Assembly: GCA_963737065.1 (NCBI GenBank)
Contig: CAVTRC010000001.1
Coordinates: 160,001 to 224,000 of the forward strand
Direction of reading: 5' to 3'
From: Candidatus Eremiobacteria bacterium
Lineage (GTDB): Bacteria > Vulcanimicrobiota > Vulcanimicrobiia > Vulcanimicrobiales > Vulcanimicrobiaceae
Length of the DNA stretch: 64,000 bases
Position numbers and translations under genes: made by a program. Below the pieces are notes generated by a model. That model was not told the DNA's origin. It saw only the letters and a list, made by a program, of their open reading frames with translations, and did not search any database. Of the stretch, positions 32,051-42,023 are shown one piece after another (positions within the stretch are counted from its first letter, which is position 1; each line of letters begins with the position of its first letter).

Positions 32051-33517
32051 CTAGTAACTTTGCGCAAAGTATGCTCTCACCGTGGCTGGTTCGCCGCATG
32101 CTACGCAACGCGCGCCCGGCTCATCGAGCGGGCGGGTAACGCGCGTTGTTGCGCCCGATTGCGCTTTCACGTGCGCTTCGCACTCCGCGCGCCCGCACCA
32201 CGCGATGTCGATCATGCCGGCGCGCGCTTTCGCTTTGGCATAAAACTCGTCGCGATCGCGTACCGCGAAGGTGTGCGCGTCGAGGAACTGCTTCGCTTGC
32301 GCATACAGCGACGACTGAATTTCTTCGAGCAGCGCGCGTAGTCGCTGCGCGAGCTGATCGATCGGCACGTCTTGCTTCTGTTCGGCATCCTCCTTCGCGC
32401 GATCGCGCCGAACGAGCACCACATTTCCCTTATCGATGTCGCGCGGCCCGATGTCGATGCGAACCGGCACGCCCCGGACGTCCCATTCAGCGTATTTCCA
32501 TCCCGGCTGCTGATCGCGATCGTCGACCTTGACCCGAAATCCGCCCTTGCGCAGCGCGGCAGCAGCTTCATGCGCAACATGCACGGCGCGATCGTCGCCG
32601 GAGCGAACGATCGGCACGAATACCGCTTCCAGCGGCGCCATCTTCGGCGGAATACGCAGGCCGCGATCGTCGCCGTGCGCCATGATCATCGCGCCGAGCA
32701 TGCGCCACGACATGCCCCATGACGTCGTGTACGCGTATTTTATCTGCTGATCGGCGTCGAGAAATTTGATGTCGTACGCTTTGGCAAAGTTTTGGCCGAG
32801 GTCGTGCGACGTTGCGGACTGCAGCGCTTTCCCGTCCGGCATGAGTGCTTCGATCGAAAACGTTTCAACGGCGCCCGGAAACCGCTCGCTCGCGCTTTTG
32901 ATGCCCGCGTAAACGGGCACGGCGGCAACGTTCTCGGCAAACTCGCGATACACGTCGAGCATCCGCAGCGTCTCTTCGCGCGCTTCCTGCGGGTGCGCGT
33001 GCGCCGTGTGCCCCTCTTGCCAAAGAAACTCCATGGTGCGCAAGAACGGGCGCGTGGACTTCTCCCAGCGCAGTACGTTCGCCCACTGATTGATCAGAAT
33101 CGGAAGATCGCGATACGACTCGACCCACTGCGAATACATAACGCCGATGATCACTTCGGATGTCGGACGGATCGCGAGCGGCTCCGTCAGCTCTTCTTGT
33201 CCGCCGCGCGTCACCCAAGCGACTTCCGGCGCGAAGCCCTCGACGTGTTCGGCTTCTTTGAGCAGCAGCGACTCCGGTATGAGCAGCGGGAAGTACGCGT
33301 TCTCGTGTCCGGTTTCTTTAAACGCGGCGTCGAGGTGCTTCTGAAGATTCTCCCACAAGCCATAGCCGTACGGCCGCAGGACCACGCAACCACGCACCGG
33401 AGAATACGACGAAAGTTCCGCCTTCAGACAGACGGCAGTGTACCATGCAGAAAGGTCGGCCGCCTTTTGCGGGATCTCCTTAACGTCCTTCGATTGGAGC
33501 GGCTCGGCGTCGGACAT
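32051..33517 (-). CDS. proS: Proline--tRNA ligase (archaeal/eukaryotic-type)
   Basis: Motifs IRPTSE, RWE..TRPFLRTMEFLWQEGHT, TSHDLGQNF and TSWGMSWR, a C-terminal Zn site, and the terminus FAQSY. Confidence 0.97.
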   Translation of the reverse strand: MSDAEPLQSKDVKEIPQKAADLSAWYTAVCLKAELSSYSPVRGCVVLRPYGYGLWENLQKHLDAAFKETGHENAYFPLLIPESLLLKEAEHVEGFAPEVAWVTRGGQEELTEPLAIRPTSEVIIGVMYSQWVESYRDLPILINQWANVLRWEKSTRPFLRTMEFLWQEGHTAHAHPQEAREETLRMLDVYREFAENVAAVPVYAGIKSASERFPGAVETFSIEALMPDGKALQSATSHDLGQNFAKAYDIKFLDADQQIKYAYTTSWGMSWRMLGAMIMAHGDDRGLRIPPKMAPLEAVFVPIVRSGDDRAVHVAHEAAAALRKGGFRVKVDDRDQQPGWKYAEWDVRGVPVRIDIGPRDIDKGNVVLVRRDRAKEDAEQKQDVPIDQLAQRLRALLEEIQSSLYAQAKQFLDAHTFAVRDRDEFYAKAKARAGMIDIAWCGRAECEAHVKAQSGATTRVTRPLDEPGARCVACGEPATVRAYFAQSY

Positions 33518-33596
33518 GACCGGCCCCGCTTCGGCTCGCACGGCGGTGGGGCCTTGTGGCGGGAGCGACGCTGCTCGCCGCGTAAGCGCAATCAAC

Positions 33597-34196
33597 ATGC
33601 CCAAACTCACTCGCATTTACACGCGCACCGGCGACGAAGGCATGACCGGATTGGTCGGCGGGCAGCGTGTGAAAAAGAACGCGCTTCGCATCGAGGGCTA
33701 CGGAACGATCGACGAGACGTCGAGCGCGATCGGTCTTGCGCGCAGCGCGATGCGACCAATCCTCGCGGAAACGCCGCGCGCGGCGCGTTTGGATGCCTGG
33801 CTTGCGTGGACGCAAGATGCGCTCTTTAATCTCGGCAGCGACTTGGCAACGCTAGCCAAGGATCGTTGGGACGGCATGCCGCGCATTACGCAGGGCGACG
33901 TCGACGCGCTGGAGCGCGCAATCGATGAAGCGCAACGGGATCTCCCGCCACTCGACACCTTCATTCATCCCGGCGGGTCGATGGCCGGCGCATTCCTGCA
34001 TCTTGCGCGCACGGTCTGCCGCCGTGCAGAGCGCCTGCTGGTGCCGCTGCGCGACGAAGACGGTGACATTTCAGGCGAAGCGATCCGGTACGTGAATCGC
34101 TTGTCGGATGCGCTCTTCGTCTGGTCGCGGTGGATCAGTGAGGCCGTCGACGAGCCCGAATATCTTTGGAATCCCGCGACCAAAGCGCCCGAATAA
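33597..34196 (+). CDS. ATP:cob(I)alamin adenosyltransferase, PduO type
   Basis: Motifs IYTRTGDEG.T, YGTIDE, ARTVCRRAER and YVNRLSD. Confidence 0.94.
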   Translation: MPKLTRIYTRTGDEGMTGLVGGQRVKKNALRIEGYGTIDETSSAIGLARSAMRPILAETPRAARLDAWLAWTQDALFNLGSDLATLAKDRWDGMPRITQGDVDALERAIDEAQRDLPPLDTFIHPGGSMAGAFLHLARTVCRRAERLLVPLRDEDGDISGEAIRYVNRLSDALFVWSRWISEAVDEPEYLWNPATKAPE

Positions 34197-34197
34197 C

Positions 34198-36867
34198 ATG
34201 CGCAGTTGGCTACCGGTAATTCTGGCGTGCGTGTTTGCGTTTACGCCGAGATCGCCCGCATGCGCGGCGATCGGCGTTTCGGGCATCGTCATCGATGCGT
34301 CATCGGGCGTTGCGCTTGCGTCAACGCGCGTACAGGTCGTCGAAACGCGCGCGTGGACGCTCACCGATGCGTCCGGCCGGTTCACCGTCGACGTCGCGCG
34401 GACGGGATCGTATCACATTGCGTTGACGCGCGCGGGCTATCAGCCGGCGCTTTCGGCCGTCGTTCACGTCGGCGCTTCACGCGTCGCCGTGACGCTCGTG
34501 ATGCATCGCGCAACCGACAATCTTCGAACGATCGCCGTAACGTCGACGTCGCGTTCGCAGAGCATCGTTCAACCGAGCACGTACACCGTGACGCTCAATG
34601 CGGAGCAACTGACGCGCAGCGGACGCGTTCGCGCGGCGGATTCACTGCGTCAGATTCCGGGCGTCAATAACGGCATCACCGGCGACACCGGTGCGCTCGG
34701 CGACGACGTGAACTTGAGCATTCGCGGCATCGGCACGGCGGAAACGATTGCGGCAATCGACGGTCATCCGGTCGGCTACGGCATCAAGGGCGGCTACAAC
34801 TATCAGCTTTCGCCGGTATATCCGTACCGCAACATTTCCGTGCTCTTTGGTTCGGGCGGTAGCGACATTCTGGGCGTCAACGCGATCGGCGGGGTCGTGA
34901 ACTTTTCGACCCTCGACCCGACCCTCGATCAACGCGTCTCTGCAACGCAAGGCTACGGAACCTTTGAACGCCTCGCGACAAACATCGGCGCGACCGGCAC
35001 GGCGGGGAAGGCCGGTTATGCGTTCTCGTACGGAGCCTCGGGGCTCGACGGGCCGTTCCGTAATGCAACGTTTTACCAGCCCGCTGCGTCGTCCGATGTT
35101 TCCGCCCCGCCCGGAACGCTCCCATACGATCGCGCGATCTACACCGATGACTCATCCGTAACGTCGAAAGCCGGACTCGTAAAGCTTCGCTTCGATCCGA
35201 GCAGTACGACGTCCGTGACGTTCACCGGCGTGACGCAATCGTACTGGGAGAATAAAACCGGGAACGGCGACGGCGATTATCTTCCCTACGACACCGCGCT
35301 TGCACGTGCGAGCGCGCGGCTCGCAACCAACGGGTCCGGCAGCTGTTCACCGGGACAGCTGCAGACGCATAACCAATACCCGGTCGACGGCCAGGCGCAG
35401 GGATGCCAAACACCCGCGCAATTCGCGGCGCTCAACGCCGGTTGGCAAGGCGCGGGTCCGGCGTGGCATTCGTTCAATCTTTGGTATGATAACGGCGAGC
35501 TTCGTCAGCGCCTCGGCGCGGGCACGCTGCGTTTCGATGGTTTCACCACGCGCTACGAGGACACGCAGTGGCGCGACAATCTACCGTTCAAAAAGGTGCC
35601 GGGCGACACGCGAAAGACGACGTTCGAAAGCGTCACCACATCGGGTAGTTCGTTTTCGTACGATGTCGAGAATTCAAATAACGATTTCGAGGGCGGGCTC
35701 AACTACCTCAATAACGCGTACCGTTATGCAACAATGAGGGTTAGCAGCTCCTCCGAATCCGACCCGTTTGCAACCGAGTCGTCGTATTTCTTGCGCGACG
35801 TCTACCATCACGAATCCTCGCCGTTCACGATTCTCGCGAATCTCTGGTTGAAACGAGCGGCGCTGACCCGCTCATCGTACACCGATGCGCGATTGTCGGC
35901 GCTCGAGCATCTCGATGCGCACGACGTCGTGCGCGTCGCGTACGGTGCGACGACGACGGAGCCGACGGCAGACGAACTGAGGCAGCCGTTCTCTGCCGGT
36001 GCACTCGCGGAGGGGACACTGCAAGGCGCGGGCGGCGGACAGTCGTACGTGTGCGGAGGGTTGAACTCGCTCGGAACCGGCGCGCCGCAGTTGCAATCGT
36101 CGCTCATTCCCGAGCGCGGCGTCGACTATGAAGCCGCGTATGCGCACGGTTGGAAGAACGGCTCGACGTTCACCGCGCAGCTGTACGACGTCAATGTCTT
36201 CGACAAGCTCTTTCCGACGATCGTGCCGCTCTCGCAGACCGGGACGGCGTTTTTGCCCGCGAATGCCGTCGCGAATGCGACCACCGCCCTCGACTCCGTC
36301 TGCGGAGCCGGCAATTACGACCTGGGCGTGACACAAACGCTCAACGTCGGAACGATGCGCGCGCAGGGCGCCGATCTGTCGGGACGCTGGCGGTTCACGT
36401 CTCGCCTGTTCGCCGACTATGACTGGGCGGTGACGTCCACGACGCTGGTCGACGCGCCCCCGGGATTGCTGGCGTCAAATCTGACGTACATCCCCGGCAG
36501 TCAGCTGGCGCGCGTGCCGCTCCACACGTTCGACGGTTCGCTCGACGCACTCGTGGGCCGAAATCTCGACATTCGCTACACGCTGCATACCGTTTCTGCG
36601 AACAACACGAAAGCGTTACCGGCGTACAACTACAGCGATCTGCTTCTGACGTACACGCCGCCCGGCAACGGCACGCTGACGTGCTTCATATCGAATCTGT
36701 TCGATCAATACGCAAACATCGCCGGACTGATCGGCATGGGCGTCCCGCTACCGCTCAACAACTACGCGAACATGGCAAGCTACACGCCGCTCATCGGCAC
36801 GTCTGCAACGGAACGATACGGATTGCCGTATCGCCAAATTTACTTCAGCTACCAGTTCCATTGGTGA
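34198..36867 (+). CDS. TonB-dependent receptor
   Basis: Signal peptide, carboxypeptidase-regulatory-like N-domain, plug motifs (LRQIPGV, LSIRG, IDGHP, AIGGVVNF), SNLFD, and terminal YQFHW. Confidence 0.9.
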   Translation: MRSWLPVILACVFAFTPRSPACAAIGVSGIVIDASSGVALASTRVQVVETRAWTLTDASGRFTVDVARTGSYHIALTRAGYQPALSAVVHVGASRVAVTLVMHRATDNLRTIAVTSTSRSQSIVQPSTYTVTLNAEQLTRSGRVRAADSLRQIPGVNNGITGDTGALGDDVNLSIRGIGTAETIAAIDGHPVGYGIKGGYNYQLSPVYPYRNISVLFGSGGSDILGVNAIGGVVNFSTLDPTLDQRVSATQGYGTFERLATNIGATGTAGKAGYAFSYGASGLDGPFRNATFYQPAASSDVSAPPGTLPYDRAIYTDDSSVTSKAGLVKLRFDPSSTTSVTFTGVTQSYWENKTGNGDGDYLPYDTALARASARLATNGSGSCSPGQLQTHNQYPVDGQAQGCQTPAQFAALNAGWQGAGPAWHSFNLWYDNGELRQRLGAGTLRFDGFTTRYEDTQWRDNLPFKKVPGDTRKTTFESVTTSGSSFSYDVENSNNDFEGGLNYLNNAYRYATMRVSSSSESDPFATESSYFLRDVYHHESSPFTILANLWLKRAALTRSSYTDARLSALEHLDAHDVVRVAYGATTTEPTADELRQPFSAGALAEGTLQGAGGGQSYVCGGLNSLGTGAPQLQSSLIPERGVDYEAAYAHGWKNGSTFTAQLYDVNVFDKLFPTIVPLSQTGTAFLPANAVANATTALDSVCGAGNYDLGVTQTLNVGTMRAQGADLSGRWRFTSRLFADYDWAVTSTTLVDAPPGLLASNLTYIPGSQLARVPLHTFDGSLDALVGRNLDIRYTLHTVSANNTKALPAYNYSDLLLTYTPPGNGTLTCFISNLFDQYANIAGLIGMGVPLPLNNYANMASYTPLIGTSATERYGLPYRQIYFSYQFHW

Positions 36868-37089
36868 GCGTTTCTCGCGGGCTACGCAATCGCTTAACTT
36901 CGTAGACCGGGGTTGCAGCCGGAAGCCTTTCAAACATGCGAAAACCGCGCGCTGAAGTGTCGAGGGCAATCTTCGCGTCGTTGCTTTTCTGCTATAGGAC
37001 CGGTCCGGCTAAATCTTCGTTACCGGTGTGCTAATCACCCGAATCGCTTGCGAGGAAAACAGGGCATGAGGCGGCGTATACGCAGCGCA

Positions 37090-37587
37090 ATGAAGCCGCA
37101 AATCCTCGGAGCGCTCGTATTGGCGACGGCGGCTACTGCGCTGCCCTTCGTCGAAACATCGGCGACCGTTCTTCCGCCGCTCGCAGGATCACGATGTCCG
37201 CTCGCGCAATCCGGCCGAGCGCTCGCGCAATACATCGGGCCACAGCGTAGAGCAAACGAAATCACGCAGATCGCAGTGCTGTCTAAATACGATTCAGTCT
37301 TAGGCTGGATCTACTACACATTCAGCGGCCAAGAATGGTTTGAGCCGAACTTCACCGTTGCGTTAAGCGCAACGTCAAGCCGGATCGTGAACGGAAAGTC
37401 CTCCGGCGGCGTGGCATATCTCCGCGCGCACGATGCCGTCGCGATACATGCTGCAACACTCGACGTCGTACGACTCTACGGCTTACCGGCATCGGACCTT
37501 CCCGCTGGCTATTCCGTCGAGTCGCTAGCGGCAAAGGACGTCACACTAGCGAACTGTTTCAGCCGTCCCTACGAAGGAGCGCAGTAA
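37090..37587 (+). CDS. Secreted hypothetical protein
   Basis: Signal peptide MKPQILGALVLATAATA and a Cys pair. Confidence 0.55.
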   Translation: MKPQILGALVLATAATALPFVETSATVLPPLAGSRCPLAQSGRALAQYIGPQRRANEITQIAVLSKYDSVLGWIYYTFSGQEWFEPNFTVALSATSSRIVNGKSSGGVAYLRAHDAVAIHAATLDVVRLYGLPASDLPAGYSVESLAAKDVTLANCFSRPYEGAQ

Positions 37588-37808
37588 GCTGCGAAGCTCG
37601 CCGTTTCGGCGCGTGCAGCCTTCATACGTAAAGCGTGGGGGCGCGGGCCCGCAACCGCGTGAAGAGCGCGTCGCTACGAGCAATCGCGTGTAATGCTTGC
37701 TTCAGCTCGATGCGGCGCAAGACTTCGCCGGGGTGATAGATGGCGCGAACCTCGTGCGTCCGCTTGAAGCGACGAGCCGTGGAACTGCGATGGCCATAAC
37801 GGTTGAAA

Positions 37809-38342
37809 TCATGGCAGCCTCATCAGCCGATAACGCAGCATCGCCGCGAGCGTCACCGCGTCGTCGATCGTGCCGTCGAGCGCGGCGCGATACGCGTCGT
37901 CGATCGGCATGCGCACTTCTTTGATCTCTTCGACGTGTTCTTGATCCGTCTCTACGCGCAGCAGTCGTGACGCGAGGAACAGAGCAACGGGGGAATCCAT
38001 GATCGACGGAATCTCATACGTTGCGCCGAGCGGTGTCCATTGCGCCGCGTGGAGACCGAGTTCTTCTCGCAACTCCCTTTTCGCGCAATCGAATGCGGAT
38101 TCGCCGTCGCCCGCGCCCCCTTTCACAATCTCCACGTATTGCGCGCGCGCGCCGAAGCGCGGCTGCGACGCGAAAAGAAACGCATCGCCTTCAACGACGA
38201 GCACGCCGCTCGGGCGGCCGCCCACAACCAATACGTGTTCACCGCGTGCGCCCGTTGGATGGACGATCTCGTGCACCTCGACCGCAAGCCACGGATTGCG
38301 GTACACCTCGCGCTTCGCGATGCGCTGATAGGGATCGTTCAT
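37809..38342 (-). CDS. NUDIX hydrolase (ADP-ribose pyrophosphatase-like)
   Basis: Nudix box GG..GE....AKRELREELG, plus VYRNPW and IDDAVT. Confidence 0.92.
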   Translation of the reverse strand: MNDPYQRIAKREVYRNPWLAVEVHEIVHPTGARGEHVLVVGGRPSGVLVVEGDAFLFASQPRFGARAQYVEIVKGGAGDGESAFDCAKRELREELGLHAAQWTPLGATYEIPSIMDSPVALFLASRLLRVETDQEHVEEIKEVRMPIDDAYRAALDGTIDDAVTLAAMLRYRLMRLP

Positions 38343-38395
38343 AGGACGTTCCTTTCCGGGGGGACGGCCGACCCGTCCTTGCGAACGTGCGCGGA

Positions 38396-39922
38396 ATGTC
38401 CTTTGTGTCCCAGCTGTTCGCGACGACGAACGTCGACAAACTTCGCGCGCTCGGTGCGCAGAGAATTCTCAAACGAGCGCTCACGGCAAAGGACCTGGTC
38501 GCGATCGGCCTCGGCACGATGATCGGCGGCGGCATCTTCACGACGATCGGCACGGGCGTCAAAGGCGCCGGCCCGGCGGTCATCGTCTCATATCTGCTCG
38601 CCGGACTCACGTCGTTCTTCGCGGCGCTCTGCTATGCGGAACTCGGATCGATGGTTCCGGTCGCGGGAAGTGCCTACACGTACGCGTATGCAACGCTCGG
38701 CAAACTCTTTGCATGGATCATCGGATTCGCGTTGATTTTCGAATACGGCATTAGTGCCGCGCCGGTCGCACAGCAATTTTCCGCTGCGATTCAAGACGTG
38801 CTAAAGACGATTGGAATCGCACTTCCAAACTGGGCCCAACAGTCGAATCTGATCATGCACGGACCGTGGTGGCAGATCTGGACGTGGGATTTCGCGCACT
38901 CGCAGTACGACCTCGTCGGTGCCTTGTTCGTGATCGGCCTATCGATGATTCTCTCGGTCGGCATCCGTGAATCGGCGACGACGAACAACGTCTTCGTCGT
39001 ACTCAAAATCTCAGCACTCATCATTTTCGTCATTGCGGGCGTGTCGCTATTTCACGGCGCACATTTCGCTCAGTTTGCGCCGCACGGATGGGGCGCGCTT
39101 CAACCGTTCGGCGGCATGGCGGATTACATGTCGTCGGCGCAGCCGTACGGTATCATTGCGATCTCGGCATACGTCTTCTTCAGCTACATCGGGTTTGATA
39201 CGGCAACGACGACCGCGGAAGAATGTAAGAATCCTCAATTCGACGTGCCGATGGGTGTGATGGGCGCTCTTGCGATCGGAACGCTCATCTATTGCGCTAC
39301 CGCGATCATCCTCATCGGTGCCGTACCGTGGAATCAAGTGCCGATCAAAGACCCGCTCGTGTACGCGCTTGCACCATTGCATCAGCCTTGGCTCACATGG
39401 GTGATTACGATCGGCGTGCTCGCGGGAACGACCAGCGTCGCGCTAAGCTCGCTGCTCGGTCAGACGCGTATCTTTTACGTTATGGCGCGCGATAAGATGC
39501 TTCCCGACGCTGTCGCGTACGTCAATCCGCGTTTCAAAACGCCGGTCCGCACCACGATGCTGACCGGCGTTGCGGTCGCGCTTCTCACGCTGATCGTACC
39601 GCTCAATGAGTTGCTGAATCTCGTGAACATTGGAACGCTCATCGCCTTCACCGTCGTCTGCGGAGGCGTCATCTACCTGCGCAAGCGCCGACCGGATCTC
39701 CCGCGCGCGTTCCGCGTGCCGTTCGTGCCGCTCTTCCCGATCCTCGGCATCGTATGCTCGCTTTTCCTCGCGATCTTTGGGCTGTCGAGAACCACCTGGT
39801 CGTGGTTTGCCGGAGCGCTGATCGTCGGCTTGATCTTCTTCTTTAGCTACGGCTTCCGTAAATCGAATCCCGAAAACGTTAAGCCGGTGGAAGAGCCCGA
39901 AGGCCTCGCGGAATACGCGTGA
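38396..39922 (+). CDS. APC family amino acid permease
   Basis: Motifs GLGTMIGGGIF, CYAELGSMVPVAGSAY, FFSYIGFD and AFRVP. Confidence 0.95.
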   Translation: MSFVSQLFATTNVDKLRALGAQRILKRALTAKDLVAIGLGTMIGGGIFTTIGTGVKGAGPAVIVSYLLAGLTSFFAALCYAELGSMVPVAGSAYTYAYATLGKLFAWIIGFALIFEYGISAAPVAQQFSAAIQDVLKTIGIALPNWAQQSNLIMHGPWWQIWTWDFAHSQYDLVGALFVIGLSMILSVGIRESATTNNVFVVLKISALIIFVIAGVSLFHGAHFAQFAPHGWGALQPFGGMADYMSSAQPYGIIAISAYVFFSYIGFDTATTTAEECKNPQFDVPMGVMGALAIGTLIYCATAIILIGAVPWNQVPIKDPLVYALAPLHQPWLTWVITIGVLAGTTSVALSSLLGQTRIFYVMARDKMLPDAVAYVNPRFKTPVRTTMLTGVAVALLTLIVPLNELLNLVNIGTLIAFTVVCGGVIYLRKRRPDLPRAFRVPFVPLFPILGIVCSLFLAIFGLSRTTWSWFAGALIVGLIFFFSYGFRKSNPENVKPVEEPEGLAEYA

Positions 39923-40311
39923 AGCTACCGTTTGATCCGCCGACCGTTCAACGAAAGGACGTTCGGGCGCTGTCGGCCGTATTCGTCAGCGTGCTCTTCG
40001 GTCTCGGCGCATATTGCGCAGCGATGCGCGGTACGTTCTACCCGGACAAACCGTACTGGCACGTCCTCGGAACGTTTCTTCTATCGAACGCTGTGGCATG
40101 GGTGCTCATCATTTTCGTGGTACGGCCGCTTCGTGGAATGCCGCCGCTGATTCGAAAGAGGCCGCAAGACGATTTCGAAACGTGGCTTACGGGTTATGGC
40201 TTTCGTTGGGGGCGCTTACGTGAACGGTACAGCACGAACGAACTGATTTGGCTCTTTGGTGTGCTCGTGGTCCCCTGCGTCGCCGCATTCGTCTCGTCTA
40301 TACGAATGTAG
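39919..40311 (+). CDS. Small membrane protein
   Basis: Three hydrophobic segments; GTGA overlap with the permease gene. Confidence 0.55.
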   Translation: MKLPFDPPTVQRKDVRALSAVFVSVLFGLGAYCAAMRGTFYPDKPYWHVLGTFLLSNAVAWVLIIFVVRPLRGMPPLIRKRPQDDFETWLTGYGFRWGRLRERYSTNELIWLFGVLVVPCVAAFVSSIRM

Positions 40312-40346
40312 ACCGAACGCAAGCGGTCCCGGGGCGCCAAGGAAAG

Positions 40347-40817
40347 TTATTGTGTGTCGGGTGACGCGGGCGTGGCGGCGGTACCGAGGCCGGAGAGGAT
40401 TTCTACGCGCGCACTTCGCGCGTTGTAGCTGGCGCTGACGCCGAAAGCATCGGCGATCGGTTTGAGCCCGATCATAACGCGGCCGCGAACGCGAAACGGC
40501 GCGTGATGCATCGTGAAATGCATGCCGTTGATCGTTGCCTTGTCGCTGCCCAGTTGGACGCGTAGCGATCGCGTGCCGCGCACAACGAAGATCTTGTCTC
40601 CGTCGAGGATCGTTTGCGCGCCGAGCGCATCCGCGACCGACCGTAGCGGCACGTAGACGCGTTGCGCCGAAGTTGTGACGGGCGGCACGTCGCTCTGCAC
40701 CGGTTGACCATCGACGAGCATGTCGACCGGCCGCGAGAAGGTCAGTATTCCACCGCACGCCGTTGCAACGATCGCGGTGACGATCAGCGTTTGCGCGCGC
40801 GGCCAGCGGTACACCAC
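40347..40817 (-). CDS. Copper amine oxidase N-terminal (stalk) domain protein
   Basis: Motifs VDGQPV..VYVPLRSVADALGA and ATING..APF..GRVMI. Confidence 0.85.
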   Translation of the reverse strand: MVYRWPRAQTLIVTAIVATACGGILTFSRPVDMLVDGQPVQSDVPPVTTSAQRVYVPLRSVADALGAQTILDGDKIFVVRGTRSLRVQLGSDKATINGMHFTMHHAPFRVRGRVMIGLKPIADAFGVSASYNARSARVEILSGLGTAATPASPDTQ

Positions 40818-41962
40818 TAATGAGCCTGTCCTGAACCTGTCGAAGGATGTTCCGGGTATTTTTCTGCGATCACTTTCTCGATTTCTAGTCGCAACATGCC
40901 GAGAAGTTGATCTTCGGGAAACGTGCCGACCAGCTCACCCGCGCGGTAGATCGCACCCTTACCCTTGCCGCCCGCTACGCCGACGTCGGCCATCTTCGAT
41001 TCGCCTGGGCCATTGACGACGCAGCCCATGACGGCTACTTTCACAGGCGCCGTATACTCTTTCGCAATCGCTTCGACCGCGCGCCCCAGTTCAAGCACCG
41101 AAATTTCGGCGCGCCCGCACGACGGGCATGCGGTGATTTCGAATCCTTTTTCGCGCAAGCCGAGCGACTTCAAAATCGACCAGCACACCGGCACTTCTTC
41201 GATCGGATCGGCTGCAAGCGACACGCGGACTGTATCGCCGATGCCTTCGAAGAGAAGAATGCCCAGACCAATCGAGGATTTGATCGTGCCGTCGCGGAGC
41301 AGTCCCGCTTCCGTGATGCCGAGATGCAGCGGATATGGCGTGTCGCGCTCGCGAAGGCGTTTGTCCATCAGGCGATACGCTGCAACGGTCGTCATAACGT
41401 CGTGCGCTTTGAGCGAGATTGCGATATCGTGGTGGCCGTACTCCTCGATCAGTTCCACGTGGCGCAACGCAGACTCGACCATAGCCTCCGCCGTGTGGCC
41501 GAGCGTCTTCTCGAGATCGGGCGCAAGCGAACCCATGTTCACGCCGACCCGAATCGGAATACCCTTTGCTTTCGCCGCCGTGACCACTTCGGCGACCTTC
41601 TTCGGATCGCGAATGTTGCCCGGATTGAGCCGCAACTTCGCGACCCCGGCTTCGATTGCGGCGAGCGCCATTTTGTGATCGAAATGAATGTCCGCGACGA
41701 TCGGAACGGGCGAACGATAGACGATCGCCGGAAGTCCGGCGGCGTCGGGTGGGTCTTTCACGGTCACGCGAACGACTTCACACCCTTCCATTGCAAGGCC
41801 GTAAATCTGTTCGAGCGTTTTATCGGCGTCCGCTGTATCCGTCGTCGTCATTGACTGCACGACAACGGGATGATCGCCGCCGATCCACACGCTCTTCGCA
41901 TCGGCTTTGCCGGTTTTGTTCTGAAGAAAAATCGGCTTCGACTTACGGCGCAAACGAATCAC
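40817..41962 (-). CDS. ispG: (E)-4-hydroxy-3-methylbut-2-enyl-diphosphate synthase
   Basis: Motifs VQSMT, ADIHF, RLNPGN, HLGITEAG, ACPSCGR and MGCVVNGPGE. Confidence 0.98.
   Translation of the reverse strand: MIRLRRKSKPIFLQNKTGKADAKSVWIGGDHPVVVQSMTTTDTADADKTLEQIYGLAMEGCEVVRVTVKDPPDAAGLPAIVYRSPVPIVADIHFDHKMALAAIEAGVAKLRLNPGNIRDPKKVAEVVTAAKAKGIPIRVGVNMGSLAPDLEKTLGHTAEAMVESALRHVELIEEYGHHDIAISLKAHDVMTTVAAYRLMDKRLRERDTPYPLHLGITEAGLLRDGTIKSSIGLGILLFEGIGDTVRVSLAADPIEEVPVCWSILKSLGLREKGFEITACPSCGRAEISVLELGRAVEAIAKEYTAPVKVAVMGCVVNGPGESKMADVGVAGGKGKGAIYRAGELVGTFPEDQLLGMLRLEIEKVIAEKYPEHPSTGSGQAH
40825..40847. repeat. 23-bp dispersed REP-like element, copy 3 (ispG C-terminus)
   Basis: CCTGTCCTGAACCTGTCGAAGGA, which encodes PSTGSGQ. 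Confidence 0.85.
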
Positions 41963-42023
41963 GAGTGTTTCCCGCCGTTGCTACAGCGCCGACCGGCTGA
42001 CGCGTTGTTGATGGGGGCAAACA

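Noticed and set aside
36868..37089. Cobalamin riboswitch or ncRNA near the TonB receptor
   Set aside because: No recognisable B12-box or other conserved motif, and the region lies downstream of the receptor.
37588..37808. Small gene or relic between convergent genes
   Set aside because: The open frames lack credible starts or recognisable motifs. Only a weak hairpin is present.
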